A stretch of 64,000 nt of DNA from assembly GCF_964355755.1 (NCBI RefSeq), contig NC_092677.1:27453175-27517174 (forward strand). Reading direction: 5' to 3'. Under the pieces are notes generated by a model. That model did no database searches. It saw only the letters and a list, made by a program, of their open reading frames with translations, and was not told where the DNA came from. The position numbers and the translations under genes are program-made. The stretch comes from Antedon mediterranea (Eukaryota; Animalia; Echinodermata). Shown here piece after piece: positions 54,914 to 64,000 of the stretch. Every line of letters starts with the position of its first letter. The stretch's first letter is position 1.

Positions 54914-57900
54914 TCAAACTCCACATTCCCTGCAATGAGGATAGTTTTTCCCGTAGCTTTCACACGTATGACCCATACACTCGCAGCACGCATTATGGAA
55001 CCACCTGGCCCGACTAGCGCCCATCGTTGAGCAAGCTCGTTCGCACTTTTCTTGTGATAAACAATCGTCAAAGAACGTGACTACACAGGTTCTGTTTGAC
55101 AACTCTGCAAACTCCACACCTAAAAAAACACAACAATATACATAAGCACTACTATGGATATAATATGTGTAAAGCTGTCTACACTATCAAACATTTTGTG
55201 ATATATTACTGTACCATATTTGGGCACATCACACCTTTTTTGTCAAACTAGTTTGATAGTGTGGACAGAGATTAACTTATTATTTGTCAGTATGTTGGTG
55301 CATTAAGAATGTTGGTATTTAATGTACAAGCTCTGGTTTACATGGTGTACAAATTGTTGTACTCAGTTTCTCATATTTGATGAAAAACCATTTCCAGTTC
55401 TTTACTTATTTCATATTTTCCTTTCAATTTTACCAAATGTTTTCTTCATCATGTTTCAATCAATGTGACATTTTATGAATGAATATATTGTTGGCAGTCT
55501 ACTCATGTTTATAATGTAGTCCCACTGTGCAGTAACCTGCCATTCAGTTTATCAAACAGTATCTATAAAATGCAGTTGCTTGTAAGTAATGTAGTCCCAC
55601 TGTGCAGTAACCTGCCATTCAGTTTATCAAACAGTATCTATAAAATGCAGTTGCTTGTAAGTAATATAGTCCCACTGTGCAGTAACCTGCCATTCAGTTT
55701 ATCAAACAGTATCTATAAAATGCAGTTGCTTGTAAGTTTTATTGGTCTATTATATTCTTTTATATACACCTAAATACATTCCTGTCATTTGATTGGACGA
55801 TTGTGGGTCACATGGCGTGCAATAGTACTATTACATTTTTAAAAACTAACCTTTTGGTCTATAGAACTCCTCTTCTACTGGCATTTGTTGGACAGAGATA
55901 CGCAGCTTTGGATTGTTGGCAAAACCTGTCAAGGCATCAAACAGTGATGGTATGCTGGAGTCAATATCCATCACGGTGCTTTTTGTATGGTATGGCCTGT
56001 GTGTGTTGTTATGTTTACATAAACCTGAAAAACATAAGTATAAAATATAGAATATAGAAAGTATTGGAAAAAGAGTTATCAGTTATTATCACCTTAAATA
56101 CTTCGGTGTCAATCAAGGACTTAAGAAGATTGGGAAAGCTCTCAAAAAAATATGTAAAAGCAGCAGCTATGAATGATAGAATATAGAAAGTGTTGGAAAA
56201 CAGTTATTTTAAAAATCTGTATTTTAGTTAAATGTCAATTTAGCAATACCCGTAAAATAGGCCACATGCAACTAAATACGGTCACTGAATGTGGCTAAAA
56301 AAAACAGTAAAAGTTGTAAAAACATCCATAATAAGAACAGAACAGTTACAAAATATTTCACAATCTACTGTACTGTAATAATAGGTTATGACTTTTTACC
56401 AAATAAATTCTATTTTTATCACAAGATCAGTAGCAACATTTATTAAAGATGAATCAATTTCTCATACGTAACAAAACTATTCTAATAAAGAAAGTATATT
56501 GAATAGTCTAAAAATGCCATAAACAATATGCATCAGAAGGACGTAGTAAAATAGCTTAATGAGTTTTTCAATACAACATCTTTATTTGATTAAGGACACG
56601 ATATCAATATAAAATTTGAACCATAGGGATTACAATACAGGAAAGACTCAATCTTATAAGGGGAAGTTGTTCAACGACCTTGCTTGTGAATTTTTTACCC
56701 AGCTTGTTGAAACTGTCGACTGGTGGCTTGCTTAAACGTGACCCAGGTAAAGTGGTACAATGATTTCCTCATTAGGTTCTACCTTTCCCCTGTATCACCC
56801 ACTAACGTACAACAACCAACCACTCATTAATTATGTTAGTGGGTGATACTTCCCCTCCCCCTTCTTTATGAATACTGTTTTAATATTTGTTCCTGTTGAA
56901 AATGCACATGGTATTATATTATGGTAAATAAGGTATTTAAAGTTTGGAGTGTGCAGTATCATGTGACCCAGCTATATTATTTTTTTTCACTATTTCCTTA
57001 CTACGCCTCATCTTACTCTTACTTCTATATAAACACTATTTTATAAAATCACTTTTGTGAGAATTAACTCGGCTATGATTACGTGCTATTAGTCTTTTAA
57101 ACTTTTTCATGGTTTTGTTAATTATAAATCAAGAACTTTTGTAAAATCCAGCACTTTTGAAAATTGCCAGTTCCTCAGCAGAAAGTCTGTGATAACAGAT
57201 CACTGTGCTCATCTTCTAAACCTGATTAACAAGCACCTGTTGCAGCCAGGCCATTGATAATAAAAAATAGGAAACTTCTTCGGAAGCTTGCTTTCAACGG
57301 ACCTCTATGACAACTAGTTGCTAGGATACCAACTGTCCCCTGATAATGGTCAATTTAAATTTCATTGTGTTTGCTTGGGCTCAGAATGACCTGATGCTTC
57401 TATTGTGTTTTTTTAGAAAGAAAATGAAACTACTGTTTTACAACTTAAAGTTAAAAGTGGTAAATTTGAACATTTGTTCCAAATGATTTCAAGTATTTTA
57501 CTCATTAGCAGTTGGACTCTAATACTGATTTTCTAATTAAAACATTCTACTAGCATAGATTTGTTTATAAGCTATGTATTGATTTTCTTAAAAAATACAA
57601 AAAATCATACAGGACTGAACTGTTGTTCTATGACAGGCTGGACACACTAAATCTCTGCCTACACTATCAAACTAGTGTGATGTGTCCAAATATGGTAGTG
57701 ATATGCTTAAAATGGTAGTGATATGACATAATGTTTGATAGTGTAAGAATTAAACAACAAACATTGTACTATTAATTTTGCAATATATTGACATACAAGT
57801 GACCAGTGACACTTCAATTTAGTGACCCACTTCAACATTTTCAAATCATAGTTTGTCACACAAACTGATAAGTTTCTTCTTAATGTTATGTGACTATATT

Positions 57901-60489
57901 CATTATGATGTGGTCAGCAAGTCTGTCATGATCATGGTGTGGAAATGGATAAAGTAAATTATTTTAGTTTTTTTCAACTTCGGGCTATCATTTGACTTGT
58001 TCTACCATGATAGTCCTACTTTTGTATACTTACAGTATTTCACTAAAAAATAAATCTATGTCCATTGTTAAAGCTTATAGTATAGGACACTTCTTGCTAT
58101 TAGTATTGTACTCATTTATTTCAAAACAAAATTGAATGATAAGCCAGGGTAGTTTTTCTCACAACATGTACTTAATTCATTTCATGCCTAATCAATCAAT
58201 TTCAAATGATGCCACATCAACAGGAAACAAATTTGTCAAACTTTCCATAAAAGTTAACATCCATTCTAATTGAATATCTAGGTCAGAGAGTGGGAATTAT
58301 TTATATAAACGCCACCACCTGCCTTCCCACAATTACTGTACATTTCCATCTGTACCCCAACCACTAACGCACATTCGTGGTTGATTGTTAGGTTAGTGGG
58401 TAAAACACCATCTGTATTAAAGTCTCCATGCTTTAACAAAACTTTATCTACAGAATAGAAGGAAAGAATTTATCTAGATTACTGTAGTAATTCATTGTGT
58501 TTACTCTGTTCCTGCAGTTATTTGGCTTCTTTGGTACTGATACTGTACATGGTTTATTGAATTTCTACATTGAATCATTTCTAAAATTATACGTTACTGT
58601 ATAGTTTGCAGTAAACAAATGTAGTTTACTGCAGTAACTGCAGTAGAATAATTTTGACATGACCCCTGTTAATTTCAACTCCTTACCATACTTTACTTTA
58701 TATACTGAATTTAGTCTGTGCTCAAAACTTGATTTCCGTTGGATTTAAAATAATATAATTATAAAATATAAATGTAATAACTTTCACTTTTGAGGTTTTT
58801 AAAGGAATACTGTACTCTTAAAAGGCATTAATACTGTTAGATCGTAACATATAGCTTGCCTATGCGTCCTCAGGGTATATGTACTAGGAGGTGTTTGCAC
58901 CTTTTATAATTCAATCTTGAAACGTGTGAAATTAAATTAATATCTTTGGACATTGGGACATTTATCGACATGTGTTTTTTATACCCATTGAAAAATCTTA
59001 GGACTAGGACTATATATTCATTTAAATATAAGATTTCTGAGCTTTTTGTCACTTGTTTTTACATTAACTTCTTCTTCCCGGCAGCAGGTTATATTGTAAA
59101 TATAAATGCACCCTGACACCTACCCTAATTTTAATTGTAGGCCTAATTCAGATAAAAATTACATTTTCTGAATGACATGTGTTAAATAATTTACTTGCTC
59201 TGGTTGGTTAATTTTTTGCCAACATGATTTAATCTTTATCACTTCAGACCCACTTTATTCAGACTCTACGTGCATAATTCCAATCTTTTGAAAGTACTGT
59301 AGCTGGGAAGCAGCTAATTGTGAATTGATTAAGACTTAAAGAATCCGCTGTTACTAATGAATGCCACAAGCATTCAGCTAGTGTGGTGAAAGATACTTCC
59401 GTTCTTAAATTCATTCAATTCCCAAAATCCAAATGAGAACAAGTGATGATTTGATGAATAGTTCAAAAGTAATACCATTACAAATTAATTTAATCAAGGG
59501 AAATACCTAATTCCTAAATGATTATCATCAACTTTGATATACAAAGAGTTCTTTCATTGGATGGTAGATTTCTAAACAAGAATTTTGATTCAATAGTATT
59601 AGAATTTATTAGTACTTGGACAAAAATTCATTAGTAGTTAGACAAAAATTCTTTTGTACTTAGACCAAAATTAATTTTTTACTTGGACCAAAATTCATTT
59701 ATAAATTGACTAAAATTCACTTGTACTTAGACTAAACTTCTTTTCTACTTATACAAAAATTCATTTGTACTTAAACCAAAATTATATGAAAGATTTAGGA
59801 CTTGAACCCAGGACTGAGATCGATAAGCAAGCATGTTAACACCAGTGTTATTTTTTTGTCAAGAGGTATGTGATTCAGGATATACTTAATTTGTTAAGTT
59901 CCTGTTATTTAAGTCAGTTTAATGAAGCATTGACTTGAACTTACAGATGATAAGCTTTATGATGTTCAATAAGAAATTGACAATCAATCAATTACCAGAG
60001 TCCTTATTTCTACTAATTTTAGGTTTTTATTGTGTAGTATTTCATATCTTTAATTTTTTTGAGATAGAAATAATTAATTATTAAATCTTTGTTTGTATAC
60101 CCTTAATTTTGACAATCAATTTTATTTTAAGAATTAACAGAACAAAATTCATCCTCAAAATCAATGCATTTCACTAAAATGTTCTTTTGTTGGTTGACTT
60201 GCCTGTACATAATCATTTAATATCCTTCATTACATCTCGTCGGGCTAGCAAAGAATATGATTTATAATAATAAAAAAATATACTTACCCACACAGTCACA
60301 GCAGTCAAAATATTCTTCCCCCAAACATTTAGTACAATTTTCACAGCAACTACAATTACCCATAATGCATTTGCCACACGCACCCATCAATTGGCATTTT
60401 GTTACTGTTGGTGCACAATTCTCATTACATGACAACACAACGTAAATCAACGCTGTTACTATTATGCCTACTAACATATACGGCTTCAT
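54914..60489 (-). CDS. TWSG1: Twisted gastrulation (BMP/chordin modulator), ~193 aa, 3 coding exons (60489-60288, 56024-55851, 55119-54914)
   Basis: Signal peptide followed by CNENCAPTVTKC..NCSCC..C..CLG...DCCDCVGLC; KSTV..IPSLFDALT; C-terminal CVVTFFDDCLS..KC...CSTMGASRARWFHNACCEC.G..C..YG....C..C. Confidence 0.95.
55513..55737. repeat. 75-bp tandem repeat, 3 copies, in a TWSG1 intron
   Basis: Unit AATGTAGTCCCACTGTGCAGTAACCTGCCATTCAGTTTATCAAACAGTATCTATAAAATGCAGTTGCTTGTAAGT. Confidence 0.92.
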
Positions 60490-61024
60490 TGTTACCTGCA
60501 AAAGAAAACAAATGTTATAATGTAAAAATACAGAAAAACAGAAGGTTTACAGATGTTATGCATAAGTTTGCTGTTTTTATTGGGTTAGGAGATGTATATT
60601 ACAATGAAATTGTGGGACAATAAAAACAACATAGACTTTGTATCTATATCACTGTTTTTGTCAATAATTAGCCTTTTTCTATTTTACTTTTATATGTTCT
60701 TTGATACCGGTAAGCTCTTATTAATCATGGCAATGCTCCACAGTACATTGTCTTTAATTTAGTGCAACCAGTAAAATTCCTACTGAATATTCATTAGTAG
60801 TTTTTTAACATGCAAAGTATATTAATTGGATTATTTAATTTTAAAAAGTAACACAAAATTATAAAAATAATAACATTTAACAAAAAATATGTTACAGAGT
60901 AGATAGATTCTGAATTAAAAAACAAAGTTTTTTTTATCAAATATCCCATTTATTTTGTGCCATTTTGTTGTGGCTTGATATAGTATTTGTCTACAATTGT
61001 TAAGTAGCTAATTTAATGTCTTTT

Positions 61025-62567
61025 GAATTTTACCAGAAGGGTAGGATACCGATAGGTGTTCTCCCATTAAAACAATATAAAGATAGAACAAACAAATTGC
61101 ATACAGTATTTTTTTCATATTTTTTGTGTAGACATTATTGTGCTCACCTTTGACCTGCCTGAATTTTCCTCAGGGGAAATGGGTGGTAGTGTATGGGTAA
61201 AAGTATACCCTGATGGAAGGTGGGGAAATCAGAGGATAAAGTGGGATACAAAAACAAATCTTGTGTCACTCCATTTTTACTGTTTGAAAGTTTGGTAGAA
61301 ACCTCAATCCTTTTATAAAAACAGCTTATGAATATTCATCAGCTGATTAGTTTTGAAAGACATTAAATTTATAGTTAATAATGTTAATGGTTCGAGTTGT
61401 TAATATTATGACTGACAGACAGGTAAAATATGTTTACATGTAAGAATTTGTTTTCACGACGATACATGTAGAAAGCTAATCATACCTTTAAGAACAAATA
61501 TGACACTTATTTTATGCAATTATGTTCTTGCTTTATAAAGGATCTATGTACTATTGTAAATTTGCTTATTAAATTTCTTAGGAATTTTACCAGAAGGGTA
61601 GAACACCGTCAGGTGCTACCCAACTATACTATAAAAATAGAAGTTAAACATGTTTTGTAAACATAATGTTAGTGTTTATATGAATATTACTGTATTACTT
61701 TGTGGTGGACAAAACATTTTTCTTAAATTGTTGTTGTTTTGGAATTATTGTGATAATTTAAAACAAGGTTTTTTGTGTGCTAATAAGTAGGATATTACTA
61801 TTTCCAATATTAACTAAACTAAAAAAGCAATTGCAGTGTGTTTTTCATAGGACAATTCATTGTGAAAAGGATACCACTTTAATTTAATGACTTTCATGTG
61901 GTTAGTAATTTTCCAAATAGTTGTAAAAAGGAAATTGAAGTAGATCATGCATGGATAATTGGCAAATCTCAATTCAACAGATTTCAATCCTTTCTTCCAT
62001 CTAAGTTGTTGTCTTAAGAAGTAGAAAGTTTAATTTCTGTTCATTGTTCATCATAATGTGTGAAAGCGCATTAAATAGGTGTTCCTCAAAAAAGGTAACT
62101 TACACAAAAATTCTCTGTATATTAATAACATTATGCCGGTTGAGAGAGGCAAGAATTTGACTTCAATTTTTTACTCAAACTGTTTTCTTCTGGTATTTAA
62201 ATGCTCTTATTTTCTATTTGTTTATATTTTTAGTTTTTGTCTCAAACTAAATATTCATGTGGATTTAATTGCTATTCATAAACATGGTACCTGTTGTTAC
62301 CAAAATAAATCCTTCATTAAACTAGATTCCATAATTAGTATTTTTTGGACATGTAAATCTTATATAATAATTTCAATGGACTTATTTTTAATTACGATAG
62401 ACATACTTTTAATCACAAATATGATGACATTTATTTTATGCAATTATGTTCTTGCTTTATAAAGGATCTATGTACAATTGTAAAGTTGCTTAATAAATTT
62501 CTTAGGAATTTTACCAGAAGGGTAGAACACCATCAGGTGCTATCCAAAAATTGAATAAAAATAGAAT
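61025..62567. repeat. Three dispersed copies of a hairpin-bearing element (~61025-61090, 61495-61640, 62416-62567)
   Basis: Shared GAATTTTACCAGAAGGGTAG..CC-loop-GGTG..CC. Copies 2 and 3 share about 150 bp. Confidence 0.75.
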
Positions 62568-64000
62568 AAATATTTTTAGTAATATCATATTCTCATTGTG
62601 AGTTAAACACTAGTGTTCCAGACCACAGTTATACTGTACCGTAGCATGAAAAACTGTATTCTCAACTATGTTTTCTTTTGGAAACGCATGGTGTACTACA
62701 AACTTATTTAATTTACCCTTTAGTCATCGTAGCTACTTTCGATAACAGTATCATGTTCCTGGTGACAAGTTTTGAACACACAACCTTTGTGTATTTCAAC
62801 ATTTTAAAATGTTGCAATTTTATATCCAGAGTTCCATCCCATTCTGATTGCTTTTCATCAAAGCCTTCGTATCACATTTCACTTTTCACTAACAACATGT
62901 GGAGCGTTCCCCAATTAGTTACAGAAACTGTCAGAACCACTTAGGCGGACACATTGTTAAACTTTTTGATTGGTTGATGGATAATATACAAGAAATAAGC
63001 CAAATCATTGCTTTATGGTGCTTGCTAGTAATTTGAGTTTGATCTTAAGTCTGCTCCTGTTGGGTTATAGTCCCAAGGGGCTTGTTATTTGAGCAGAATC
63101 TATAGCAATTAGCCAACCTTGTAAACTTAAAACTTGATGAAAGGAGTGCTTATTGTTGAAATGTACCAGCCATCTTGTAGCAATTAGTTATTAATGGTGT
63201 TTTAGGGTTATAAGATCACAAGTTAGCACATGCTCAGACACCATTAAGATCTTACAATCATTTATTGTTCCTGTAATTCCATGGTCATTAACAAAAAGCA
63301 ATGTACCCATGTCAATAGAGAAATCAAAATGTCATCACCAACTAACAAACTGCTGTTAATAAAACTGATTTACTGCAAGTTCACCTTTAAGTATGTGCTT
63401 GAATTGACTGGCTGATGATTGGTAAAATTCAACAAGCGAAGGTTTTGTTTTTGTTCTTGTTCGTATACCGTTTGAGAGTGATGTAACACTTTGTAATTTC
63501 ATTTATCTGTTTTTGTATATCTCAGAGCAAGTAATTTCTATGTATGTAATGTAAAGTAATTTCTATGTATGTAATGTAAAGTAATTTTCCACTGATGAAT
63601 GAGTGAATAAAGTATTGCTATAAATATTCTTTAAAAAATCATTACAAAGTAACAAAAAAGGTAGGGATACAGCATAATAAACCAGGTTGTTAATTAACAC
63701 ATGGTATTACTACCTGTACAGTACGTTAAAATACAACTAAACTTAATCCTATGCTTTGGAGTAATAAGGAAACCATCAAGTACGTACTTGCGTTCTTGAG
63801 CTTCCATTTCATACAACGCATTAGAATCAAACATAACACCTGTAAGTAATGCTGGCAATGAGAATACTCAAGAGGACGATGTTGAAATCAGATACTAGAA
63901 CTTGTCTACTTTATTCAGGTTGTTCACCTTTCATTCTTTTTTTACCACTGCCCTTAGCGTTTAAATAAAAAGGTTTAATGCGAAAACGAAACTATTAGGT

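Noticed and set aside
63788-63839. Possible TWSG1 5' UTR exon carrying a uORF (MFDSNALYEMEAQERK)
   Set aside because: The AG and GT boundaries are plausible but common by chance, and there is no transcript evidence.

Overview
This is AT-rich, intron-containing animal DNA, probably from an invertebrate deuterostome such as an echinoderm (inferred from gene content, not proven). I assembled the exons by hand and found seven protein-coding loci. In order: the 5' end of DUSP22 (-); a compact, divergent VPS4-like AAA protein (+) with no MIT domain and degenerate catalytic residues; a 14-exon, ~824-aa secreted, probably GPI-anchored protein (-) resembling the FRAS1/FREM2/ECM3 C-terminal region with an inserted F5/8C (discoidin) domain; PIP4P/TMEM55 (+); GPI (-); a GARRE1/KIAA0355 orthologue (+) head-to-head with GPI; and twisted gastrulation (-). 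There is also a cluster of three tRNA-Arg(CCT) genes (one probably a pseudogene), many MITEs, LINE and SINE relics, and several minisatellites that explain the long repetitive ORFs in the ORF track. The best leads are the VPS4 pseudo-ATPase candidate, the FREM-C/discoidin protein, a tandem array of potential in-frame micro-exons in GARRE1, the GPI-GARRE1 linkage, and CLEAR-like boxes at TMEM55. All homology calls come from remembered family motifs; no database searches were run.
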